A stretch of DNA of 64,000 nt, taken from the IMG/VR virus record IMGVR_UViG_3300017917_003732, positions 1 through 64,000 of that record. One strand, written 5' to 3'. Source of the stretch: a virus. The notes beneath the pieces are model-generated. The model made no database searches, was not told where the DNA came from, and saw only the letters and a program-made list of their open reading frames with translations. The translations under genes and the position numbers were made by a program. This document shows, piece by piece, positions 45,501 to 53,117 of the stretch. Within the stretch, counting starts at the first letter, position 1, and each line of letters starts with the position of its first letter.

Positions 45501-47444
45501 GTTGAACCAGATCGAATTCGTTGTAGACTCTGCAACGAAAATTCCCCAAACTCGACGCGACTTGTTCCAAACAACATCATATCCTTCGATCTTGAAGCTC
45601 TCTGGGAGCTCGAATATCGTAGGCAATGGGTAAGAACTCATGAGGTTAGTGATGGTAGGGGATGTCACCGAGGCATCATAAGTCCCCCAAACTGTGTTAG
45701 GTCCGATCCTGATTTGACTCTCATTCTGATACAGAATCGTCCCCGAGCCCTCTCCCTCTAGTGTTACGCCAGGGGGAATAAGAAGGTTTCGAGCATAACT
45801 ATCACCAGGAAGGCGATAAACAGAGCGACGGAGATGGACCGTAGAGTATTGACCAGAAAAGGCGGCTTCATTAAGGGCGGCTTGAATGGCATTAGGTGCC
45901 CTCCGCAACCCAGAAGGCTCACCGTAGTATGAATCCCATGCAGGATTGAAGTCCCCACCAGGATGGGTATGCGTTCCAACAACCAAACGAGTCTTATCCT
46001 CAATTCGAGTTTCCTCCGGAGGAGTAGAATCATTCGCTGTCTGGATCATCCGGATCTTGCCGTCACCTCGAATCCGAAATCCTCTGAAAGCATCCCGACC
46101 AATGTCAAATTGGTCATCACTAAAGACGCCGAAATCAGTCTTCCAAGTGGTATCTTCCCAGAGGCTACCCTCACGACCAGACTCATTGGCACTAAGGGCC
46201 CTTACTGCGAAGTCGTTACCTTCGCCCGTTGCCCCAATTCGGATAAAGTCTTTCCTCCACTTCCCGTATAGGGTATGGCCCTGTTCAAGGTAAACCCTAG
46301 CTGGGTTCTTATAGGTCGCTACAGTGCTCCGGCTAGTATATATATGGGTTGAGGCTCCCTCAGTCATGAGAGAATCCACAGCCCAGTAGACGGCCCAAAG
46401 CTGAAGGCGACCCGTCGTCGCATTGGTCCCACCGTTACCGCCAGCAGGCTTTACCTCTGACCCCGCTGCTGGAGGGGTAGAAAACCGAAAAACCCCAGCC
46501 TTGTAGTCTATCGTCATTCGCTGGTCCGCGTCCGGAACAGAGGCATCAATTCTAGGATTCTTTGGAAGAGGTGCAGTAAAGTCCGGTCCACTGCCATTCG
46601 GCAACGAGCGATATAGGATGGGACGGTAACCAACAAGATCCAAGGAACTCCCAGGTCCTGCCGGGGGCTGGAAGATTGCATCCGCACGGTCCACAGCCTC
46701 CCCCGCAGAGAAGGATGGAGGGACCAGATTACGGATACGCTTTGCATTCACTTGGTCAAGGGAGGGACTTTGGATTGAGTGGTCCATATCAGGCCACGTC
46801 GCGAGAAACGTCTGCTCCCTCCCGAGTGGCCCTGACCCTGGTACTGCCCAAAGCTGAACCGCCGTAGCGCGAACAACAGCATATGTATATTGAGTGGTGT
46901 CAACTTGCAGTTGATTACTCGGACTAGAGCTTGGGTTCACCACAGACGATAGGGTAACTGTCCAAGTTGGAAGTGAACCACCAGACGAGGATACGTTACT
47001 TACGACACCGACCGCATTTGCGTTATCGTCTGGGGATTCCCCTCGTGATTTGATAATCAGAAGGTCCCCGGCCTGAACCCCAGTGAAGTTTGCTTCTGGA
47101 CTGTCATCCTTCCAAGTAAGAACCCCAGAAGCATATCCTGCTACCCCAGTCGTAAGGAACGTTGGACCATACCAACGGACTGACTCAGAACTAAGGTTGC
47201 TGGGTTGAGTCCTAGAAAGAACATAAGTGGCAGGGTTTTGTGGGGGTCGGACAGCCCAAACGTCACCACCGTAAACAGTGGGGCCGGTATAGAACCTCTC
47301 ATCATTTATCGAGCCCGCGTTGGACTCATCGCCTACGGTCAGCGCTTTGCCACCCGCAAAAAAGTCAGCCTTTCGCAGCTGCTCCAACTCTCGGCGAGTC
47401 AGGTTCGAATAAGTAGCCCCGGTCGCAATGTGGTTAGTAGCCAT
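39582..47444 (-). CDS. giant tail fibre/spike protein
   Basis: 2620 aa; beta-helix cap AIQAALN...GVTLEGEG, IDGVVIKSGDRILV module, multiple W-N-G repeats. Confidence 0.75.
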   Translation of the reverse strand: MATNHIATGATYSNLTRRELEQLRKADFFAGGKALTVGDESNAGSINDERFYTGPTVYGGDVWAVRPPQNPATYVLSRTQPSNLSSESVRWYGPTFLTTGVAGYASGVLTWKDDSPEANFTGVQAGDLLIIKSRGESPDDNANAVGVVSNVSSSGGSLPTWTVTLSSVVNPSSSPSNQLQVDTTQYTYAVVRATAVQLWAVPGSGPLGREQTFLATWPDMDHSIQSPSLDQVNAKRIRNLVPPSFSAGEAVDRADAIFQPPAGPGSSLDLVGYRPILYRSLPNGSGPDFTAPLPKNPRIDASVPDADQRMTIDYKAGVFRFSTPPAAGSEVKPAGGNGGTNATTGRLQLWAVYWAVDSLMTEGASTHIYTSRSTVATYKNPARVYLEQGHTLYGKWRKDFIRIGATGEGNDFAVRALSANESGREGSLWEDTTWKTDFGVFSDDQFDIGRDAFRGFRIRGDGKIRMIQTANDSTPPEETRIEDKTRLVVGTHTHPGGDFNPAWDSYYGEPSGLRRAPNAIQAALNEAAFSGQYSTVHLRRSVYRLPGDSYARNLLIPPGVTLEGEGSGTILYQNESQIRIGPNTVWGTYDASVTSPTITNLMSSYPLPTIFELPESFKIEGYDVVWNKSRRVWGIFVAESTTNSIWFNEMRTDGTKVLPGLGINVKDSSEKFFTLESVSNVNAEGYYTPGHYPRVDHDPFTDTYVFCWTEEYTDSTILGPRSYYAALRYSDSPRTEQHKRYSLLYPPVAYASGYYAYSMHPSISVAPSEWPSDPVVCTTCFCKENLASSSTSIFDTSIYSLGGGTVVVQSGDTKAAAIYSSTDCVWVNKDKFVTATTRRGHAVLTGTTGAFDGSGNFSDVAYPSWDTVGVEVGDRFLLLRQTNSTFVWTNGRTGIVRAKSTSTLNIQWEGVEGSDAEVITSQSNLRYAIIPMSRIFCTAIEGSTICSSTLVSGPDESLTATTYYLQEREPDFVRLSAGPNDRVIAVYQNFDTRASASRPHILNFDNGRDSNYLDDGSGIPAQSPYPVRVHLSTNFVIASYFALRQTGSAERRSWAVQAPSVTSAYESKETSVTELRRSNDVELIRRSLGGRDPLDVYPNSAWSLSHNWDDVSLRNYSLPITTYVPSFIPDVTWNGSDWVIVSPTVDVIKSDTGYLSYSGGTQYLMDGTFLFSNVSWNQDPNGRSYRNTVVPNDTIYFPDFGEFRTVSAVNSEHVVTLDQAVNGGYTGQDVNWVLVKNPPVYSFEPPSEKACMKSPGFRVSPEGKIIVSSSYSTFADEYDLSVGDRPKQEVLDRGLFGNTIFHRVTARCVSTNPGVEIPNGRVGLGITIDGVVIKSGDRILVTGWGWLSGIWVASELNWARAAEFSSGTHVAGTDIYISSGSTYGGTVWRVTNAPPSDIVGDSSLTFSNLWDAIPPKGAFADTKYGQYGITWNDLVEGARLEADLGYRGVVVGASRYGHKGGTSEVYSVALSWGDNLYGFLDRERVEGQNVKVRAFRQSFGPYNSGIRNLSIQSTESTLQQVLWHNVVYTRHGTNGCPNPYFATDGYRNVFLHIGVWSYGHQWEENGALSAQKFIGRDPRMAGGYNMCLDAVFTDISGKYTLRKRVFTFPNISRLYPSQTTVNATATYNVGIPEWQRDYLIGTLPQDMLASAYATNAKRKPTYGARAIWTGKTFLGLLIVPRGLLLFDLGTDEEDLILDEAVAGGAVVRDSTVYQMFEVPKIKAFAYIGNGGGNPPGPNKNVPFYKNACNADTRSLEIVDMVEVDACYAEGVLAVVWLAGLNKTVQAFTDENQMNSELGRPILGVTLFRRGQGGTLSFDSGRSNSAFNATSYIIDKWPGETARNGSIKDPKITWNGSGFTVTYIYKFQDSGISTDYDLKFFTFPKEGLRSNFQVVAAHGTYSAESSEAASDSQAIGWINNDGKLCLTLTRETYVVKPGDLILVTKTSASADVTKESAEALSLQYNSATSSNLAGVYPVVAYDSSNGQVQLGVSPLRPGVNIGDLVYGMILSGDGVTPLAKDARMSDGPTSGTVGTGMIVKSVYGIPSGVGTEVSDLWASIYVESQDKYVLFYNRGAYLMARAISSDGQATAEFNFGLGLSSDYAHASVGWNGQDFFVCALNNVGSSAYYWLLSKDLGLQSCGHLCYANEHIGNGTNDVPGPGYSSPNTMYTPTYKFQACSVVWSSKLNKWQVAFSIGWWNEDTDRSRYNSLSFGPSFDISSYTNVVLSRSVSGAVLQPGIRALVGVYANIYSDYCDTTLTYEPPVRYPYTVLGNGPTLDLYETSVEITAPMLATDSTMSVSSATYLPDAEARKYYLKIDDEIVLVHGVSGGATTLSIYRGAQNTVAAEHLIGTTAYLLPEFSGNLGYLGGSYLASGSSGPYVGLANEGDVLEMPAAEGSDRVVAEVAKSAYTLIWPGAGLVSFGGTDYSDVDYVPLNGAIHPLTFTPVIGWGYLEDIRVLRLDKRYLFHVMGSSDTIIVTSTDASEVYSTPDDWNDYLTNSRVFALQREDIVLYTFGDPYPTVEVVDADGVSIENVEFQSGTTDVCEYYPRMGRPFWKTGSPCVGKLGNTLASAQMGQKPHVAPVTATPLGKVELVRFSNVRSKTRGRYGYDLITAAKKGA

Positions 47445-47501
47445 GCAGTCTTAGTCCTCGCGATAGGCCGTACCGATAAAAAGTTCACGGAAGAATATGA
47501 A

Positions 47502-49670
47502 TCAGGTTGGCGGCAACCAATCAACCGCTTGCACACTAAGGGTTTCTCCTGTTCCATTTTTGATCAGGGTGACCCTGACGAACAGAATGAACTTACCCTC
47601 TGAATTCGGTTGCGTCATTGCGCTACCCGTGCTGTAAGTAACAGTTGTAACGCCACCAGCCTCTACTACCCCAACCTTGCAACCACGGAAGTTCTGGGTT
47701 TTGTCGTTATCCGGAACGCCATCAGACCTTCCAAGGTCAAGCCAACCAGTTACACCAGGAACCTTAATTTGAACAATCGCACCACCCGCATGGTCAGTAA
47801 GTTCATTAGGGTCAATAGCAATTGTCGCAGTAAAAGCCGCCGCTGTTAATCCTGTAAGCTGGATCTTTCCGGCGTTCCTCGCGATCCCTGTATTGAAAGC
47901 TCGAACATACCGTCGTTTAGTTCCAGAGGGGTCTCCGGCATAAGTAGCAGAATAATCCCTGCTTGCATCCTGCACCGGACGAATAGAGGAGGCATTGAAG
48001 TTCACTGTTGGGTACACCAATCGGCCCGAATACAGCTGTAGATCAGCAGAGCTAACAGCATAAGTTGAGCCAAAGACATCTGCACCTTGAGGAATGATTG
48101 GTGCGGAAGCGAGCGAGGCAGTATAAGAACTGACGTACCGATAGTTTTCCTTGACAAAGGAATCTTTAGTCTCAGTGGTTAGGGTCGCCTCAGCATAAGC
48201 GGGATCAACCAAGTACCGCTCGGTGCTCGTAGCGTCCACGTAGTTCGAAAAAGAACCCCTCCAACGAACAACGACCTGAGCGTAAGGGTAAACAGGCTTT
48301 GGCAGGGGGCTAACGACTGTGAGTGCCGTTTGGGTTGCGTTGCTAAAAAGAGCTACTGCCGAAGTATCTGGAGGATTAACCAGAGTAAAGGGTGAACCTC
48401 CAGAGTTATTAACAACATTGGAGCCATCAAACAATGGGAAAGACTGAGTTGCCCCATTGAATCCAGACATTACAGCTTGAACAATCGGAAGCGCCGATTC
48501 AAAACCAGCTGGAACAGAGGCAGAAGCCACCGTATTCGTCAAAAAGGAGTTACTAAAAACGTTTCCCGCCGTCGAAGATACATTCACTCTAAACGTAGTC
48601 GAAGTGTAGTATTGAATTCCGGAGAGGTAATTCGTAACTGTATCCCCTGCTGGAGCCGTAGTAATCGTCAGTCCAGTAGGACCAGACCCACTCAGAGCAT
48701 CGGCAAAAACGTTAGTCCTGACCACGTTTTCGTATGCCGCCGAGTCAGCAGGTACTGCGGAATAACACTTTGAGGCAATGAGGTTTCCATTGGTCAGGTT
48801 AATAGGCTCAATTGCCGAAAGGGTCGTGGCGTGCGTTTCCTTCCAATGAACAAAGAGGTAGCTCCCCGTGTTTCCAGAGGAAATAGAAACAGGGAAGTTA
48901 TACTTACCAAGTTGATAGGCATAAAAATTCGAACTAAATGCCGTGTATTGCCCTCCAGGATAACTATTCAAGTAGGGCAAACGAGCCGTCAAATTGACGT
49001 AATCCAGGGAGGTGTTGGATGCTACATAATCAGGTTGACCTGTTGCCCTTGTAGCCTCAACAAAGCTAGCACTTGGAATGCCAGCAGGAGCCGAGGCAGC
49101 GCTTCCAAGCCAGAGAGCATAAAGAAGCGTGGTATCCGGGACACCAAAACTACCACTCGTGCTCTTATATACCGCCAAAACACCACGATCTGCTGGGAAA
49201 ACCATACCCCCAACCGTCTGATTTCCAACGCTTCCCGCCGGGGTCAAGTACTTCGTCACAATGGCAGCGGTACCAGACTTGAATCCACCGTGAATCGCCG
49301 TTCCCGAGCCTCCAACAGTCAAAGAATTTGACCAATTAGTGAGCCCAGAATTTGGGATCCCGCCAACATCGTACCCAATTCGATCCGGCTTCACCGGAAG
49401 CAGGTCTGACAGGGCGGTGAGCGCATCCATTACGCTTTCACCATCGTACGGACCCCCAGCAGACGAAAGAAGGGGTTGACCTGTTATGGGGTTAAGCTCT
49501 GGCAGGCCAACCGCCCACGACATGTGAGCGTCAACAGGGTCTTGGATGTGTGTTTCCAAATCTCCAGAACCCCCACCGATGGGAAAAGAAAGCGCCGAAG
49601 ACGGGACCATGCCAGCCGCAAGTCTTCCAGGGCCAGAATTGACTACAGTCGGGGACTTGTTGGACGGCAT
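47502..49670 (-). CDS. virion structural protein
   Basis: 722-aa G/S/T/A-rich ORF; HIQDPVDAH...VMDALTAL pattern seen in phage fibre/baseplate proteins. Confidence 0.7.
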   Translation of the reverse strand: MPSNKSPTVVNSGPGRLAAGMVPSSALSFPIGGGSGDLETHIQDPVDAHMSWAVGLPELNPITGQPLLSSAGGPYDGESVMDALTALSDLLPVKPDRIGYDVGGIPNSGLTNWSNSLTVGGSGTAIHGGFKSGTAAIVTKYLTPAGSVGNQTVGGMVFPADRGVLAVYKSTSGSFGVPDTTLLYALWLGSAASAPAGIPSASFVEATRATGQPDYVASNTSLDYVNLTARLPYLNSYPGGQYTAFSSNFYAYQLGKYNFPVSISSGNTGSYLFVHWKETHATTLSAIEPINLTNGNLIASKCYSAVPADSAAYENVVRTNVFADALSGSGPTGLTITTAPAGDTVTNYLSGIQYYTSTTFRVNVSSTAGNVFSNSFLTNTVASASVPAGFESALPIVQAVMSGFNGATQSFPLFDGSNVVNNSGGSPFTLVNPPDTSAVALFSNATQTALTVVSPLPKPVYPYAQVVVRWRGSFSNYVDATSTERYLVDPAYAEATLTTETKDSFVKENYRYVSSYTASLASAPIIPQGADVFGSTYAVSSADLQLYSGRLVYPTVNFNASSIRPVQDASRDYSATYAGDPSGTKRRYVRAFNTGIARNAGKIQLTGLTAAAFTATIAIDPNELTDHAGGAIVQIKVPGVTGWLDLGRSDGVPDNDKTQNFRGCKVGVVEAGGVTTVTYSTGSAMTQPNSEGKFILFVRVTLIKNGTGETLSVQAVDWLPPT

Positions 49671-49673
49671 CGA

Positions 49674-52319
49674 TCAACTCCTCCGATTCAAAATATTTCC
49701 AGAAACCCGGTACACACTAGCGATAGTGGTATTATTCGTATCGAGGGCTTTGACGCTATTTTCTGCATCAAATTCCGCCCAGCGAACTAAATTAACAAGA
49801 AGCAAGGTACCTTTTTTTCCTACCGTACCGTCTTCCGCAGTTTCCATCAAGCTTGGGAGAACGACCTTGTGAACCCGAGCGTCAGAAAGCGGTGGGCCGA
49901 ACGCATTAGGTTGATACCCTGCCAGAAATCCAGAAAAGAATGTCCGGTCCTCTACATCTGCATCAGACGGACTTCGTGTAAATTCAACCATCTCAGGATC
50001 TGGAACATATGGGATATAAGCAGGTACCTTCAGGAAGCCAGTTGATGCGTTAAAGGTCGAAGTGTAGATTTGTTCAGAACCATCCAGCTCATACTCACCA
50101 CCGAAGGATCCCACACTTTTAATTATCCCGCCAATTTGCACATAGGCCTGAGGGTAGGGATACCCCTCTCCTTGAGACCCAGACCCCGTGGTAATGGTAT
50201 AAAGATAAGGAGAAATCCACCTTGGAATAAGCTTCAAAGAGGTTCCAAGGATACTGGTACGGATAGTTTGTGGCGCCCGACTCTGATAAAATATCGAGAA
50301 CTGAACCCCTGGTTGCCCTATTCCAAGAGCCTGAGGCATCGGCCGGAGTGCGAAGTAATCGACTTCGATCACGTCACCAGCAGAAGCTGGTGACGAAAGA
50401 CGGACGGCCCTTCTTCTCACCGCGTCTAACAATACTGCTCCCGCGTCTGTGAGCCCATTCACCCGAACCTCAACTAAATCCGCAATCCTCTCAGGGACGA
50501 AGAAATCGGTTTCGGTGGTCGAAGATTCAGCAGAAGTCACGAAAGTTAGTAGACCCGTACGATACTGAAGCTGGACCTCTCGGTGAGTAAAATCGATGTC
50601 CTCTGTCTCCATCGAGGCAAAAGACACCGGAGCCGTAGCAGGCAGGGCAGCGGGATTGTTAATCACAAAAGAGGCACTTCCAAAATCTCCTACAGGAGTC
50701 CTAGTCAAACCCTGCCCGGGAGGGTAAGCCACCAAAAGGTCAAGGTACATCGGCTCGGTACTGATCAATTCAGGGGGAGCCCCTAGGGAAATGACAATGT
50801 TCCCCGGTGGGTAGCTACCGAGGCCCCAAATAGATTGCACAGGAACCGGAACCGCAGCAACATTCCCAGTAGAGGAGTAACCAACATCAAGGGCCTTTTC
50901 CGGTCCAATAGTCCCTTGGATTCTCGCTCGTAAAACATCCACAATACGAGTGCCCGAAGGCGCCCGAGACATGAACGCAATCGCAGACGGGTAAGGCCAT
51001 TGTGCAATGAGAGAAGGACTTATGGTTACCTGAGTTCCTTCTTGCCAGGTCGGAGTAGAGATATTTGGGTCACCCGGAGTGATCTTGAATGTCAATACTT
51101 CATAGTTCGGACGATCCGTAAAAAACCGACGAGTACAGTCAAACTGCCCGATAAACTCAGCACCAGGGGTGTCCCCTGTAGTGGTACCATCTCCAGGAAG
51201 TGTCCCAATCTCATCCGCCCAAAGTTGAGTATGGCCTGAAACACCACCCCCATTCGGAGTCGTAGTCCATTCAGTTTTTAACTTATTGTCAAGCAAAAAA
51301 CCGAAGTTTTTTTCCAAAACTTCCCGATAATCCCACCCATTAACAGAAACCGCTTGCCGAAGGTCAGCAATGTCATCCGCCACGAATATATCACTGAGTA
51401 ACCCATCTGGGCGGTCAGATGGTCCCGGACTGGCTACTCCACCATTATGGTTAAGGTTCTTACTAAAAGCAGTTAGATTTCGTCGAAACACGGCACACAA
51501 CGGGATGGCATACATATAACCATCCACTGTACCCAGAGAATTACTAGGAATTCCATCCCCAGCAACCCAAAGACCTGGATCCCCAGCGGTACTTTGATTT
51601 GAATAGCCAAACGTCGAGGCAACCCCATCTGGGCTTGCCGGACTCGTAGGGATTGAGTGAGCAACAACAACTGGGTCATCTATCCCATAAGGATAAGTCA
51701 AGAGGTTAATCCCTTGGATGACACGAAGACGATACTGAACTTGCACTCGTTTTGTTGTTTCGGCCCCAACGATCGCATCAAGCATCTGGTCCTCATAGTT
51801 GAGGATCGCATCACTCCCGGATGGGACTTTGACGTTCCCATTCCGCCAAATGCGCCCAGATGGACTCTTTCCGTCCGCTGACGTTGGACCTATGAGACGA
51901 CGCCAAACTTCTAGAACTACAAGGTCCGTCCTCTTTGCTCCGTTTCCAGTAGGCCCACTAGGCAAGATCAACTGGTTTGCAGAATCGCTACCAGTATATT
52001 CGACCCAGATAAACCACCCATTTACAAGAGCTCTGAGACTGTTCGACAAGACCAATGTATTTGAAAGGATACTAGGAGTAAAAAACCCTCCCCCTACTGG
52101 GTCAGATGAGTTGACAGGCTCATCAGTGACCCACCCAGACGGTGCCACGGTCCGTGAAAGATCCAAGGCAAAGCCGCTATCAATACCCTGAGCAAGGTTC
52201 AACTCCTTGTCAAGAACAGGCTTCCCAGCTTGAAATACCGTGGTTTCAAACGCCCTACCCTCAGGAATGAGGTAGCCGCTAACCGCCGGTCCAAAATTTC
52301 TATCACTCCCTGAAGGCAT
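49674..52319 (-). CDS. virion structural protein (baseplate/tail), paralog of 34248..38873
   Basis: FQAGKPVLDKELNLAQ, QYRLRV, GDPGLW.AGDG, GTVDGY.YA.P and RPDGL.SD blocks shared with the paralog. Confidence 0.75.
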   Translation of the reverse strand: MPSGSDRNFGPAVSGYLIPEGRAFETTVFQAGKPVLDKELNLAQGIDSGFALDLSRTVAPSGWVTDEPVNSSDPVGGGFFTPSILSNTLVLSNSLRALVNGWFIWVEYTGSDSANQLILPSGPTGNGAKRTDLVVLEVWRRLIGPTSADGKSPSGRIWRNGNVKVPSGSDAILNYEDQMLDAIVGAETTKRVQVQYRLRVIQGINLLTYPYGIDDPVVVAHSIPTSPASPDGVASTFGYSNQSTAGDPGLWVAGDGIPSNSLGTVDGYMYAIPLCAVFRRNLTAFSKNLNHNGGVASPGPSDRPDGLLSDIFVADDIADLRQAVSVNGWDYREVLEKNFGFLLDNKLKTEWTTTPNGGGVSGHTQLWADEIGTLPGDGTTTGDTPGAEFIGQFDCTRRFFTDRPNYEVLTFKITPGDPNISTPTWQEGTQVTISPSLIAQWPYPSAIAFMSRAPSGTRIVDVLRARIQGTIGPEKALDVGYSSTGNVAAVPVPVQSIWGLGSYPPGNIVISLGAPPELISTEPMYLDLLVAYPPGQGLTRTPVGDFGSASFVINNPAALPATAPVSFASMETEDIDFTHREVQLQYRTGLLTFVTSAESSTTETDFFVPERIADLVEVRVNGLTDAGAVLLDAVRRRAVRLSSPASAGDVIEVDYFALRPMPQALGIGQPGVQFSIFYQSRAPQTIRTSILGTSLKLIPRWISPYLYTITTGSGSQGEGYPYPQAYVQIGGIIKSVGSFGGEYELDGSEQIYTSTFNASTGFLKVPAYIPYVPDPEMVEFTRSPSDADVEDRTFFSGFLAGYQPNAFGPPLSDARVHKVVLPSLMETAEDGTVGKKGTLLLVNLVRWAEFDAENSVKALDTNNTTIASVYRVSGNILNRRS

Positions 52320-52386
52320 CAGGAAATCTCCATGACTGAGGTGTTAGCTCGTAGGGGCTTCACGACTCCCTTGATAACTTTCATGA

Positions 52387-53031
52387 CTAGAAAGAAAGTC
52401 GCCAAGTAATCTCTAAAGTGGACGTGGCAGGCTTATTAATCACAGGGAATGTCAAATAATTGATCATCGTCTCGCGAGTAGTGAGATCCACGAGAGGACT
52501 ATAAGGTCCGTTCGGAGGTGTGACTGGATTTCGAACCGAAAGGTTAGTCGATATGTTCCCTCCAAGCAAACCCATTTCTACAAGAGGCCCGACCGCTTCA
52601 GACTCAGTAAATATCGCAGAGAAATCCACGACATTTGTCGGAATAGCAGTGGGGATCCCCCCTGCATCGATAAACTGAGTTTGAGAAAAAGTCTTTCGAG
52701 TTAGTTCCGAGTAGAGAGCCCGCTGCGTATTCGTCGGGGCAGGGGGGGAAAGAGGATTCCATCCAGAGTCCCCTGTTCCAACAGCCAAGACAAACAGACT
52801 TTTAGAAGGTTCTTGACTATCCTTCATCAATCGTGCAACTAAAATACTAGCGTCAAGAACAATCAAATTTCGATGCGCTCTTTTTTCCAACACCTCACCC
52901 GAACCATCCCGGAGTGTAAGAAACACCTCTCCACGGATGATGCAGCCAACTCTGTCTTCGTACTTGGGTTTTAGGGCGCTGGAAAAGACAGACCCCATTC
53001 GTGAGAGCGCATCTCTAAGCTGCATGTGCAT
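52387..53031 (-). CDS. baseplate/tail-fibre attachment protein
   Basis: RNLIV...AVGTG...LYSELTRK...FTESEAVGPLVEMGLLGG...INKP...ITWRLSF pattern typical of phage tail-collar-like proteins. Confidence 0.7.
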   Translation of the reverse strand: MHMQLRDALSRMGSVFSSALKPKYEDRVGCIIRGEVFLTLRDGSGEVLEKRAHRNLIVLDASILVARLMKDSQEPSKSLFVLAVGTGDSGWNPLSPPAPTNTQRALYSELTRKTFSQTQFIDAGGIPTAIPTNVVDFSAIFTESEAVGPLVEMGLLGGNISTNLSVRNPVTPPNGPYSPLVDLTTRETMINYLTFPVINKPATSTLEITWRLSF

Positions 53032-53117
53032 CTACTCCGGTCGGTTTGACTCGCCCACCTAGCGAAGAGCGAGTGCACTTCAAACGGCCAGAGATATAAG
53101 AAAAACCACCAAGCCCA

